Assembly: GCF_009914755.1 (NCBI RefSeq)
Contig: NC_060945.1
DNA length: 64,000 nt
Source: the human T2T-CHM13v2.0 reference genome, Homo sapiens
Direction: 5' to 3' (one strand)
How positions within the stretch are numbered: position 1 is the stretch's first letter; every line of letters starts with the position of its first letter. A model generated the notes under the pieces. That model ran no database searches. It worked only from the letters and a program-made list of their open reading frames with translations, and had not been told where the DNA came from. Made by a program: the position numbers and the translations under genes. This document shows, piece by piece, positions 51,900-64,000 of the stretch.

Positions 51900-54800
51900 T
51901 TATTCTGATTCTTTCTTTATCGTTAGCACGCTTCCCAGAAGTCCATAAACTTCTCCATTTGCGCTGTGTGGGCGAGAAGCATTATTTCCCATATGGCTAT
52001 TGTAAGGGCTTCTTAAATTAAAGAAAGAAGCTTTCGTTTCTGCAGTAGGAAGTAACTCTTCTTTGGCTGTGACCTGTGAGACACTTTCAGCAGATGAAGC
52101 CTCCCTCCAAATGTCCTTGTCTTGTGTTTCTCGACTGGTAACAGAATTGCCTCCTTTTTGAAGCATGTAATATAGTATTGGGTTGGTTTTGGTCAATCTT
52201 GGAGAGTCTTTTTCATACTCATTCTTCTCCGCATCAGTGATAACCCACTTAATGGGTCCTTTCTCACTGGGCATGGAACACCCATTCAAAAGCCCAGATT
52301 CTGGTCTAGACCCTGCACAGCCCAAGTGCTCAGGGAAAGTAGGACTCACAGGAGTTTTTACTACACCTGGGTATGAAAATGTCCTGTTATCCATGCAACT
52401 GCTGGGCTGAGTGGAACTGTACATCAGTCCATTTAAAGAAGAAATGCTAAATTCAGGTTTGCTGTTGGTCACATTATTTTTGTGTCCTTTCTTTTTACTG
52501 TCAGCCACAGAGTTACTTCTGTGCGGGGACAAATCTCGCACACAGTTTTCTGAGAGAAGCAGCTGTTTCAGAACATTAAAGCTTTTGCTCTCTCTGGCCC
52601 AACTCCTGTGTTCACTTTCGCTGGCTGAGCCATGACCAGCAGGATATTTAAATTCAAGATCATTTCTGCTAAATTTCAGCTCTTCCTGGTTAAGCAAGGA
52701 CCCATACAGTACTTCTGGGGCACTGTGATTGTTTGCAGCATCAACAATGTTGTTTTTCATCTTTTTAAATGGATTTTCTAATGGCTCAGTATAAAGCTTC
52801 CTTTTCTTAGGGACCATGCAAAGATTCTTTGATTCTAGAAGTGCCATTTCATTATTTCTGTGACTCCTGTCTGAATCATCTGCCAGGTAACTATCTTGAT
52901 TTTGTCTTAGCAATCGACTTAGCAGACCATTCTTGGAGAAAGAAAAATCCTGAGGTGAAACAGGCTCCGATTTAAAGTCTTCGGACACTGGTAAGGCAGG
53001 TGCGCTTCTCTGCACAGCAGGAGCCATACCCAAGAATGGGGCACTCTTAGCATCATGGCTCAAGTGCACATTTGTGTTAGGAATTTGTAAGTCATCACAA
53101 GGCTCAGATTTTATTTTCACCATCAGTATTTGTTCACTTAAAGCTCTCTCTGAGTGTTCCTGAGTACTTTCATCTCTTAAGGGAGTTTTCTCTTTTTTTT
53201 CACTCTTCCCTTTGTTGGGGTTCCCCAGGAGCAACTGGAGGACAGTACGTCTTTCAAGCAGATTTTCTATTTCAGAACCAGAAAGCCCTGGTTCAGGACC
53301 TGTTGGTTGACTACTAAATGCTTTATTTTCTTCAACTGCATTTGTTTTATTTGAGAGCAAAGGGCTATTTAATCTATCAATCATACCTATCGGTTTATCT
53401 GTGTTTCCAGTTAACAGCTGTTTGCTGGGTCTCTGCTCTTCCACTGACATGGATGACTGCATTCCACATTGTGCTAAATTTTGTAACAGCTTACTGGCAC
53501 TAAACGTTGCAGAGTTCTGTGCACCTTCATTTTGGGCTGGTTTCTCTCCTGGTGGGTCTTTGCTTTTTGTAAGGTCCATTGAGTGGTTAGATGCAGTATT
53601 TGTTAGCTTTTCAGACTGAGTACTGCAGACATATGGTGGGGAATTCCATTTGATGACCAGAGAGTGTTGAGAGAGATTGATGGGAGACCCTGCTTTGCTT
53701 GATGTAAGTAAAGGTGGAGTGCTCACTGGAGTAGTCCGATTTGTACTGGGGCTTTCTATCACAGAAGTCCTTGCATAATTTTGTGTATTGAACTTGCTCA
53801 CATCATTGTGTACTCCCTGAGGGCTGGTGTTTTTTTCTACATTTTCTTCATTCTTATGGCCAAGTAGCAATTGAAGAAGTGTTACTTTCTGGTGTGAGTT
53901 TAGCTTAGAATTCTTTGAGGTATCTTGATCTTCTTTGATATCTACATCTGGGACTTTTGGATCCCAAGTGTTTAGCAAGGATTGAGTGAAGTTATCCAGG
54001 GAAACAGGTTGGTCAGATTCTGATTTTTCAGTTCGGTGTTTGCAAGACAAGTCTATGGGAACACAGTTGGAATAAGAACTTTCATCACCACTGCTGTCAT
54101 CTGTAAAACTAGGATTGTTATCTGAATATTCATCAATAGTTGTAGGTGTACTACTTTCCTCAAAAATGCTTCCTCTCTCACTGTGACTGTGTCCATTCAT
54201 TGGCTTAGGTATAGTCTGGCTTTTAAGAAGATGTAAAAGCAAACTATTGTTAGCAGCTTGTTTTATATTGTTTCTTTCCAGTGAGTTCTTATAACCTGCA
54301 TTTTTAGGGGAAGAAGGAATGATACCCATTGGATTTTGAAACACTGTAGCACTACTTTTGCTAGCCATCAGTTTGCTTGATGATGTTCTTGCCTGACCAT
54401 TAAGATGGCTTGACATTCCTTTTGGGAGCTGGTAACTGCCAACATCCTTCTGGCCATTTTCTTGCAATCTGGCCATAGCAGCAAGTCTTTCACTTGCTGC
54501 TTGATTTGCATTTTGCGTTTTTAAAGCGTGTTCTCGAGAATACTGCTGCAAATGGGCTTCGCTTGACAGAAGTAATGCTAACTGGCTACAAGCAACACTA
54601 GGTTTAGGTGAGGTGGCAGGACTAGCCCTTTTTTCCACCATGCTTGCAACAGCCTGTAATCTTGCAGCACATGACAACGGTTCACTCATGACCTTTGTTC
54701 CACTTTGTCCAACATGATGAGGAGACTCTGCAAACCTATCTCTGATGAGGTTTTTAGTCACATCAGGAAGATTCGTATCAGGCTTTTGATCTTTAACTTT

Positions 54801-55376
54801 ACTTTTCTTCAACAAAGTTTTTAAGTGACTTGATGCAACACCATAGCACCTTAAATCCTTCTCCACTTTTAAAGAATCATGACTGAGGGCATATCCTTGC
54901 TCCTTGAGGCTCTGCCTGATTTGTTGTGACAGAGCAACAGTCTGCAGCCTAGAGCTGAATGACTGAAGCAAAGAGGCCAGTAATGTGCTATCCTGTTTGC
55001 CTTTAGGCACACTGTCAACCATGCCAGCTAGCAAAGCTTCCTTCTTTACGTTTAAATTCATGATAGAATCAGACAGCCTCTTCCGCTTTGCTGCATTCCA
55101 GTCCTCAGAAGACTGCAACAGTCTGGCTTTTTTGAGGTGCAGCATGCCAGACCCCTGATATGTATGTGTATTGAGAACTGGACCATTACTTTGACAGGTG
55201 GGAAATGCACTGCCAGAAATGTTAAAGTTCTGATCCTCTTCATTATGCCCAGCAGACTTTTTGTCAACGGCAGTACCTGATCCCCCTGCTGCCTGATGCA
55301 TTAGTAATCCTTCTAGGTAAGTTAAAACAATAGAATCCTGGTGCACATCAGAGCCAAGCTCTTCTCCATGAGTCAT
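51900..55376 (-). CDS. NRIP1: Nuclear receptor-interacting protein 1 (RIP140), 1158 aa, CDS within a single exon
   Basis: MTHGEELGSDVHQDSIVLTYLEGLL...TIKKESE. Nine LxxLL boxes (LEGLL, LASLL, LKTLL, LALLL, LLHLL, LLQLL, LQLLL, LSRLL, LKQLL), the LYYML motif, CtBP motifs PIDLS/PINLS/SMDLT/VRDLS, and NLS KRKR. The ATG is at 55376-55374; the track start at 55382 is a TTG. Confidence 0.99.
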   Translation of the reverse strand: MTHGEELGSDVHQDSIVLTYLEGLLMHQAAGGSGTAVDKKSAGHNEEDQNFNISGSAFPTCQSNGPVLNTHTYQGSGMLHLKKARLLQSSEDWNAAKRKRLSDSIMNLNVKKEALLAGMVDSVPKGKQDSTLLASLLQSFSSRLQTVALSQQIRQSLKEQGYALSHDSLKVEKDLRCYGVASSHLKTLLKKSKVKDQKPDTNLPDVTKNLIRDRFAESPHHVGQSGTKVMSEPLSCAARLQAVASMVEKRASPATSPKPSVACSQLALLLSSEAHLQQYSREHALKTQNANQAASERLAAMARLQENGQKDVGSYQLPKGMSSHLNGQARTSSSKLMASKSSATVFQNPMGIIPSSPKNAGYKNSLERNNIKQAANNSLLLHLLKSQTIPKPMNGHSHSERGSIFEESSTPTTIDEYSDNNPSFTDDSSGDESSYSNCVPIDLSCKHRTEKSESDQPVSLDNFTQSLLNTWDPKVPDVDIKEDQDTSKNSKLNSHQKVTLLQLLLGHKNEENVEKNTSPQGVHNDVSKFNTQNYARTSVIESPSTNRTTPVSTPPLLTSSKAGSPINLSQHSLVIKWNSPPYVCSTQSEKLTNTASNHSMDLTKSKDPPGEKPAQNEGAQNSATFSASKLLQNLAQCGMQSSMSVEEQRPSKQLLTGNTDKPIGMIDRLNSPLLSNKTNAVEENKAFSSQPTGPEPGLSGSEIENLLERRTVLQLLLGNPNKGKSEKKEKTPLRDESTQEHSERALSEQILMVKIKSEPCDDLQIPNTNVHLSHDAKSAPFLGMAPAVQRSAPALPVSEDFKSEPVSPQDFSFSKNGLLSRLLRQNQDSYLADDSDRSHRNNEMALLESKNLCMVPKKRKLYTEPLENPFKKMKNNIVDAANNHSAPEVLYGSLLNQEELKFSRNDLEFKYPAGHGSASESEHRSWARESKSFNVLKQLLLSENCVRDLSPHRSNSVADSKKKGHKNNVTNSKPEFSISSLNGLMYSSTQPSSCMDNRTFSYPGVVKTPVSPTFPEHLGCAGSRPESGLLNGCSMPSEKGPIKWVITDAEKNEYEKDSPRLTKTNPILYYMLQKGGNSVTSRETQDKDIWREASSAESVSQVTAKEELLPTAETKASFFNLRSPYNSHMGNNASRPHSANGEVYGLLGSVLTIKKESE

Positions 55377-55710
55377 GTTCAATAGAAGTGTTCACAAGGG
55401 CTTGGTTTCTATTCACTTTAAAGAATGGTTTTCTGTGGTGAGTGCGATGTAACTTTAATAAAGGAGTATCAGTTTATCACCTTCCATCGCAATCAGAGAG
55501 AGACGTACTGTTACATTCTGTCCAAGATTTCTTCTGGCAATGACAAGATAAATGCAGTCTGACCACAGTGCTGATCAACTTCTACGCAAGGAGGAGGAGA
55601 AGAATTCCTTAACACATAGGTCTGTAGCAGTAAGCAGATAGAATCCTTAGTGAATATATTCCTTTTCCTTCTTCATCTTTTGTTCCCCATTAAATGCAAA
55701 TATCAGTGTT
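55377..55710 (-). other. NRIP1: 5'UTR portion (334 nt) of the NRIP1 terminal exon, containing five uORFs
   Basis: Bounded by the acceptor at 55711-55712 and the ATG at 55376. Confidence 0.85.
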
Positions 55711-55740
55711 CTAAAAAAAATAAAAATAAGAATAGTTAAG
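55711..55740 (-). promoter_or_regulatory. NRIP1: 3' splice acceptor of the NRIP1 terminal exon
   Basis: The minus strand reads CTTAACTATTCTTATTTTTATTTTTTTTAG|AACAC: branch-like TTAAC, a U-tract, then AG. Confidence 0.88.
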
Positions 55741-57179
55741 GAGGCAGAACTAGAATCACGTTATGATACCTACAAGCAAAATAATATAGCATCTGTAAAT
55801 GTATATATATATTACATATAAATAATAGACATATAAATGGATTATAGTCACTTTAGTAATTTGTTTTATTGCCGTTCCTATTCAATTGAAAATGTCTACT
55901 GGAAATCCTGTGGGTTAATGCATACTGTTAAAATGATCAAATCATTAGAGAAGAGAACATACTTTAATGTTACATAGCCATCTTCCAAAGCCGCCAAGTC
56001 TCTGAATTTTCATAAGCACCTTTCTGCAAAGTAATGTGAATGTTCAGTCTCCTTTATAGCTTTATAGCTCTACAGGGGAACTAGAACTTGCTTCCTTACA
56101 TTACTGGGCACTTAGGAAGAAACAAAAGTAGATGTGCAGAAAAAGGAAAAGAGATGCAGACTCTGATGAGTCTGATGTGGGGTTGAGGCCAACAGAACAG
56201 ATTCATTTCTGACATCATCCCCCAAACACCAGACATTCCATAAGTAATTTTTAGAATTTCCGTTTTCAAAAAAATGAAACCACTAACAAGTTGAAGATTA
56301 TTTTGTGAGTCTGTTCAAAGTGTGACCATCTTAATCATATTCATAAACATTAAAATACAGTCATAAACTTACCTACCCATACTTTTTACCATGACTTATT
56401 AAAGACAGAGAGGAGTGATTCTTTAGATGCTTGTTCAGGGCTATCAAGGGTTTAATGTAGTTCGTTAGTAAATCCTTACTCATGTGCTCTATGGAGAAGT
56501 CTTAATGTCAGGTCCATTCCTTACAGATACAGAAGACAGGGAGGGCATAAACATATATAAAAAGTACAATGGAGAATGCCAAAGACATTTTAGTCACAGT
56601 TTGAAAAATATTCCAATGATATTTATTATCTAAGAAGAGACCAAAAAATTTCCTATCACTAACACATACACAACAGAAGAAGCAAGAACTCATTGCATTT
56701 CTGAAAACTTGATAGGTAAGTGTCAAAATTGACCTAAGGAAGGGGGGCCATGACACCTTTGGAAGAGAAGCTGGAATAAATTCCATGCAGTTTGTTTTTC
56801 AAGATGCCAGAACATTTTGTTTAAGTTATCAGACCTGAAGCTATCAACAAATACCTTGGTCCCTATGGAATTTAAAAGATAAATTTTAATTGAAAGACTA
56901 CCCTGTAGCTTTTTAAGTACAATGCTTAACTCTAAGTCAAACTTTAGGAAATAATTATCTGATTGTATCAAATTGTTGAATTTATTGATTAAAAGGATAA
57001 GAAATGATAGCCAAAGAAAAAGATACAGAAAGGAGGCAGCAACAATTAATTTCAACTGTGTAAGGAGTAGGATGAGAAGAGACTTTCTTGAGATTCCAAT
57101 GCCACCATTTTAAGAAGCTTTGCCATAATGTACTTAAGATGGATATTTTAAGAGGTTAATAATGATATAGAAATGAAAT

Positions 57180-57300
57180 GGTTATCATGACTGCCACCAA
57201 ATATCCATTCTCCCATTTTCATTTACTAATAAAACCCTGACTTGTTTTTCAGGGAGTAGGGAGGTATCCCAGCTAAACACTACTTTTCTCCCCCCTCTGG
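57180..57300 (+). mobile_element. MaLR LTR fragment (MLT1I/J-like)
   Basis: 'ccaccaaatatccattctccc..tactaataaaaccctga'. Confidence 0.5.
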
Positions 57301-57384
57301 TTATATTTTACAATTGATGGCATGTTGCTTAATTGGAGGCTTATTTTTCTTTCTTAGTGGTATAAAACATACGGGTACATTTTA

Positions 57385-57768
<384 letters not shown>

Positions 57769-59843
57769 TTAATTCTCAACTAGTTAAGACATTTAACAAC
57801 CATTTAATGGGATATGCAAGTCCACTGTATTTCTCTCCACACCACTGCCAACCTTTTTGCTCTTGGGTAGACTCAAGAAAGTCAAAATCATACCAGTCAT
57901 TTGAAAACTGGTTTGTAAACAGCCATAAAACATACTTTATTTAAGAATAAGAATGAAATAAGGAGCATCTTTGAGTTCATATTACTCCTGTTATTGCTTT
58001 CTACTTTTTACTGTGCATGATATAATTTGCAAAGTATTATTCATTGCTTTAAAAAGACTGAATTTACACATTTCTGAATTTACAAAGCAGATTTGGAAGT
58101 TGATTTAAAAAGGAATTATCACAGTTTCCTTGTAAAGGAGCTCTAACACTGTATTTTACCATTTATTTACCTCTCTACCATTTATTTCCTATCTTCACAG
58201 AGAAAGTAGATGACAGATATTAAGAATAATCATCTCTTAATAATCCATTTTTTGGCAATCAGCTTTCTCAGGTTGAAAATCATTTCTTACATATGAAAAC
58301 AATTTTTAACTTCAAGAACGAAAATGACATATACAAATAATTTTATTAAGCTCCTTGGGTCTGAGGACTGTGCTAATTATAATTACTACAGTGCAACACA
58401 GTCAACAGATAACTGAACCTTGGGATACATTAAGTTATTCAATGACCAAATTCCCAGTAGGAAGGAAGGGAATTTGACATTCAAACACACACATTCTCTC
58501 ACTCTCAAAAAATATATAGATGAGATACTAAAATAATTCGAATCACAAATTTGAAACCACACACTGTAGTTCATCACTTGAAGGAATCACGAGGAGAAGG
58601 TCATTCTAAATATTCAATTGTTTATTTCATTTAAATCAATACAACATATTCTTACTGAACTCCCAATCTGCTTCAAGATCTGTCTTAGGATTGGTGAATT
58701 ATGTTCATTTTTAAAAAGGGATGTGATAGACAACATCTAGAGAAACAGGCAAGGTGAACATCCACCTTTAAGTTTCTAGAACATCTCTAATAATAAAAAT
58801 ATCTTCTCCTCATGCTACTTCTTTTCACATTTTCACATGACTCTTATATCACCAAGCACAAAAAAATTAAAAAATGTGATATGAAAAATCTTCCAAAGAT
58901 TGTTTTAAGATTTTTAAATGAAAACTATAAAACAAACATTTTTAGTTCAGAAAATGTGGTTACCATAGTATGGATAAAAGTCACTATGTGTATGCACTAA
59001 GCTTTCACACTTTCTTCTAGAGAAGTGGACCAGTAACACATTTAGAATAGATTTAAAAGGAAGATGAATAATTGCTTCCAAAATATTCTAAGTCAAGGCA
59101 GTTATTTTTCATTAATTTCTTTGAAAAAAATCCTATAAAACGTACCAATTACATGAAGTAGTGGAGAAAAAGGATTTTCTTATGGAGACCTGTTTTTTAA
59201 ATGAGATAAATCTGTAAATCAAAGATTGTGGTCACGTGGAGAGGCTGCCTCAGGTGACACAGCAGCAACACCTACCACTGTTCTAGCAGAAAATGAAGTG
59301 TCTATCCTAGGAAAGCAGGAATTCTTACACCCCTTAAGGCCTGAACGCACTTAGCTCCTTCTATTGAAAGCTCTTCAGGGAGCAGAGTGAGCCAAATTTC
59401 TTTAGATATCTTCCTTTTCTATCTCTTAAACTAGAGAGGGAGAAATCACTAACAATCCTTCTCACCTTTCCCAATCCTTGCCTTTTCATTTCTATAGTAT
59501 AGAATATAATTGAGAAATATAGCAAAAAAAGAAAATGAGGCACGATACTAAATAGTACAGCTTGTTGGGACCTATGGATTTAGGGTATTAAGGTAAAATA
59601 TGACCACTACCTAATAAATAGACGTTTTAAGGTTAAAATGTTATTTTAAGTTATTCAATATTAGCTTAACTCATTTTCTTTTAGTGAAAGACAACCACAT
59701 TATTCATGAAATTCCAACATATAGTTCTCTTGCCTGGTTTTATATAAATATAACTTAAGAATGTTGCCAGGTGTATTCTTGAGTATATTTAGTTACCAAT
59801 ACCTAAATGTCAACACACATTTAATAATTAGGTTTCTTTAGAG

Positions 59844-60162
59844 CAGCAGTCCCCAACCTTTTTGGCACCAGAGACTGGTTTCATGGAAGATAATTTTTGC
59901 ATGGAGTAGCGGGGTGGAGATGGTTTCAAGATGAAACTGTTCCACCTCAGATCATCAGGCATTAGATTCTTATAAACAGTGGGGAACCTAGATCCCTCAC
60001 ATGTGCAGTTTACACTAGGGTTCGCACTTCTATGAGAATCTAATGCTGCCACCGATGTGACAGGAGGCGGAGCTCAGGCGGTAATGCTTGCTGGCCCACT
60101 GCTCACCGCCTGCTGTGTGGCCCAGTTCCTAACAGGCTTGGCCTGGGGGTTGGGAACCCCTG
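59844..60162 (+). mobile_element. MER1B (hAT-Charlie)
   Basis: TIRs CAGCAGTCCCCAACC / GGTTGGGAACCCCTG. 8-bp TSD CTTTAGAG (59836-59843) / CTTCAGAG (60163-60170). Confidence 0.9.
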
Positions 60163-60842
60163 CTTCAGAGAATTGCAATTAATGTATATTTTGAAACTGG
60201 AATTGTTTATAAAATATTGAATCCTCTGGTTTGTTATTTTCTTAATTTTGATGGTGATTTCATTAGAGCTTGTGCATGTGTCTATTTAAAGTTATTAAAC
60301 ATTTGCATCACAGTAAGGGAGAGACTTTACTTGTATGGTATATACTTGTTAAATAACTTCTAAGTAAAGAAAACAGAACTTTTCTAGAATTTGGCTTATG
60401 GCGGATGAGAAGAACCAAAGGAAGTAAAAATACTAAAGGGACAGAAAAAGAAAAAAAAAAGGGAAAAATACTAAGAACAAATAAAGGCATCATGAATTCT
60501 GCAACTCTCATGAGGTGCCAGAAGGAAAAACTTAGTTTACAAACTAAGTAGATTATATTACTAGCCTGCCTTTAAACATTAGGTTGGTAGATATGACATG
60601 CAAAGTGAAGAAACATCTTTTATGAACACTAAAAATGCATATATACAACGAGAAAAAAGTAAAACCTACACAATAATAGAATAAAAGCTAACTCAGTGAT
60701 GTTTGTTTCAACTTGGCTGTCATTTTTATAGAGTGGTTCCATAAAATTTTGAGGAAAAAATGGTTAATTTTAACAAAAAATTTAGTATAACATTCAGGAT
60801 ACCAAGAAGTACTAAATTTTGATTTCAGTATTATCGTCTTAA

Positions 60843-61169
<327 letters not shown>

Positions 61170-62010
61170 CTTTTACAATTTTAGTTCATTTTAACCCTCA
61201 GTACACCAAGAAAAACAGTCATCATCATTTATCATCTGGGTCCAAAAGACATTTTATTAATATTTAAGTTAATTCATGAATAATTTACACAATAAGAATA
61301 AAGAAATGACACAAAACAACTTCACTGATTTTTTTTCATAAGAATTTAAACATAACATTGTAATTCAATTCTTCATTCCCTGTTTTCCTGGTTTTGAAGG
61401 AGTATATATCTGAAAAGGACAAGGCGCTTTGAAACTGACAGCTCATCAACAGGTTCATGGATGAACCTGGAAATATTTATAAATATTGATTCCAGATTTC
61501 AGGTATGTGTTTAAAAGGACTCTTGGGTCTTCTTCTTGTACTTGAAGAATTCAAAATGTGTTACTTTTGATAATTTTAATAGCTCATAATGATGTTGAAA
61601 AGATGACAGAAATTTCTGCTTCGTAATTGCCCAATATATTTCATTTTTAGACTAACAGCAATTACAATGATCAATCCAATGAATTACTTCATTTCTGTAT
61701 CATCTCTTTCTTTACAATCTCCTCTATCAAACACCTGCCTTAAGTATCTGTCCACTTACGAACAGTGTCAAATAAATTTGGTGTTCCAAAAATCATAAAA
61801 GATGAAAGAATACTGTCACACACCCTTTGAAGAAAACAGAGCCATTGAAGTTTTTGCCACAAAACACTTGAGTGTTGAATACCGAGCAATGCAGTCTTTC
61901 CTAATGAATAACTAACTGTATGAAAATACTATACTTACTTTTTGTCCTGAGAACTGTATTTTTGAACTATATTGTTACTCATTGCTCCCTGTGTTTGAGA
62001 AAATTCACCT

Positions 62011-62335
62011 GGCTGGGCGCAGTGGCTCATGCCTGTAACTTCAGCACTTTCAGAGGCTGAGGCAGGATGAATGCTTGAGCCCAGGAGTTCGAGACCAGCC
62101 TGGGCAACATGGCGAGACCCCATCTTTACAAAAACATTAAAAAAAAAATAGCTGGGTGTGATGTTATCAGCCTGCAGTTTCAGCTACTTGGGAGGCTGAG
62201 GTGGGAGGATCACCTGAGTCTGGGGAAGTCAAGGCTGCAGTAAGCCATGATAGCACCTGTGCACTTTAGCCTGGGTGACAGAGCAAGACCCTGTGGAAAG
62301 AAAGAACAGGAAGGACGAATGGACGGAAGGAAGGA
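62011..62335 (+). mobile_element. AluJ with a (GGAA)n-type tail
   Basis: 'gcttgagcccaggag', 'gtcaaggctgcagt'. TSD GAAAAATTCACCT / GAAACATTCATCT. Confidence 0.92.
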
Positions 62336-62656
62336 AACATTCATCTAGGATGTATCTGAAGACAACAGTCAGTGGTATTGCTTATATAATCAATAGCACC
62401 ATAATCATTCACATGTAAAGTATTAGCATCAGTTTTTTTCCATTCATCTTCTGGTTTATCTAAGTGAAATATCTTCGTTTGTCAACTTTCCTCTTTGACA
62501 TTACAGACAGAAAAATACTGAATCATCAATTTTTAATAAAAACTTAAAACAAAAGGGAAAGACTATAAAGACAGTGTCTCCAGATGTTTTATTTTTATTT
62601 TTTTACATTCTTGAAAGATAATGTAGTATAATGGGCTCTAAGAAAACTGAAGATGG

Positions 62657-62828
62657 GGCTGGGTACGGTGGCTAGCCTGTAATCCTAGCACTTTGGAAGG
62701 CTGAGGTGGGAGGATCACTGGAGCCCAGGAGTTTGAGGTTACAGTGAGCTATGACTGAGTTACTGTACACCGCATTCTAGCCTGCGTGACAGAATAAGAC
62801 ACTATTTCTTTAAAAAAAAAAAAAAAAA
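62657..62828 (+). mobile_element. Alu monomer (FRAM/FAM-like) with poly(A)
   Basis: Single ~155-bp arm from 'ggctgggtacggtgg' to 'gacactatttct', followed by an A-run. Confidence 0.8.
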
Positions 62829-62884
62829 GGAAGGAAGGAAGGGAGAGAGAGAGAGAAAGAAAGAAAGGGAGGGGAGGGGAGGAA
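62813..62884. repeat. Polypurine tract: A-run, (GGAA)n, (GA)n, (GAAA)n
   Basis: About 70 nt of purines only on the + strand. Confidence 0.9.
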
Positions 62885-64000
62885 TAGAATGACGGTAAAA
62901 CAGTGATGATTTCAGTATTGCCTCATCCTTCTAGACACTTCCGTTATTTTTACTTTTTATTATTTTAGCCTTTTTTTTAAAGGACAGTTGGGAATAAATA
63001 ATAAATTCATTGCCAAAATGGTAAAATGCCAAAATACTTAAAGATACAGAAAAAATAAGATCACTAAGATTCCATATGTACTTTTGACTTCTAAAAGGTT
63101 CCAATGGACATATATAGTAACAGCAAGGTACTATGTTTGAGTCTATTAAGGACACATTCATTAAAACTTCAAAAATGTGGTATTATCCTTCCTACCACTT
63201 ACAAATATATTTTTTAAAAAAGCATTTGAAAACTAAAACTGAGTCCAAAGAACCCTGATAGTATACCAAAGGTTAATGTATTTCATGATAATAAAATTCA
63301 TGTCCAACTACTTAACAATGTTAAAATTATAAACAGAATCTTCCTTTTATTAATTTAAAATTGTTTATAAGCATAAAAATCCTTTAAAGTTTATAAAGTT
63401 AAGATTTTACTGATCTACATCATGTGGTGGAAAAAATCATTGTGGTGAAAAAGAATTATTTTAGAAAGTAATAAAATCAAACTAAACCATGAAAAAATTC
63501 CATGGAATCTTCACCATATGCGTAGATTGATTTGGGGAAAGATCTAAGTTTCAACACAAACTAGTTTAATGAAATATCTAATAAAATGCTTGAATTACAC
63601 AGTATATTTTAAAAAGAGCTACATTTACTTTTTTTTATAAGTATCTGAAAAGTACAGAACTAAGTGATAGGTAATTTTTTTAGAGCTTTTTAAATAAAAG
63701 ACAGTAGTAAATACTGTGCATACTAACAGTTCACAAATGGGTGCTATATTGATTCTCTAAAATAGCTAAACTATTTTCATTGCAATATGTTTTACATTTT
63801 CTGTTTGGAAATGGTTTATTAAACAAAGGGAAACTTTGTGGAACTTCTACACACTTTAAAATGATAAAATCCAAGTGATAAAATTTTACTTAGTTAAATG
63901 AAGAATGCATCTGGCAGAATTCTTACATGTAGGACTATTTTTGGTTGAGAATAGAGAAATAATGACAACGGTCTTTCTCCAGCTGTTTTTAAGGATTCAG

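Noticed and set aside
51824-53619. Plus-strand ORFs antisense to the NRIP1 CDS (51824, 52183, 52411, 53318, 53401)
   Set aside because: Short shadow frames opposite a real CDS, with no recognisable domains or promoter.
55377-55382. ORF-track start giving a 1160-aa 'MNMTHG...' protein
   Set aside because: The first codon is TTG, not ATG. The recognised NRIP1 N-terminus begins at ATG 55376 (1158 aa).
56155-56240. CTGATGAG within hairpin-forming sequence, resembling a hammerhead ribozyme core
   Set aside because: Stems can be drawn (CAGACTC/GAGTCTG, GAGTCTG/CAGATTC), but there is no GAAA after stem II and no stem III/NUH site. It would also be on the strand opposite NRIP1.

Overview
Primate (almost certainly human) genomic DNA containing the 3' end of NRIP1 (RIP140) on the minus strand. 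The terminal exon runs from a splice acceptor at 55711-55712 to a poly(A) site near 48420. It holds 334 nt of 5'UTR with five uORFs, the whole intronless 1158-aa CDS (51900-55376) and a ~3.5 kb 3'UTR. Bases 55711-64000 are NRIP1 intron. The ~48 kb downstream (left) is repeat-rich. It is dominated by two full-length LINE-1s lying tail-to-tail ~730 bp apart: a + strand L1PA2-like copy (14280-20310) with three inactivating lesions in ORF1/ORF2, and a - strand L1PA4/5-like copy (21058-27145) nested in an Alu tail inside a MIR. There are also many Alus, old L1M/L2/MIR/MaLR fragments and hAT/mariner relics. Nearly all short ORFs in the supplied track are repeat-derived or chance. I found no convincing wholly new biological system. 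The best leads are an open ORF0 with both splice donors in the older L1 pointing toward NRIP1, the inverted L1 pair, the NRIP1 uORF and Pumilio-site clusters, a possible divergent spliced transcription unit at ~5.3-6.0 kb, and two templated rearrangements. Repeat subfamily names come from my recall of consensus sequences, not from a run of RepeatMasker.
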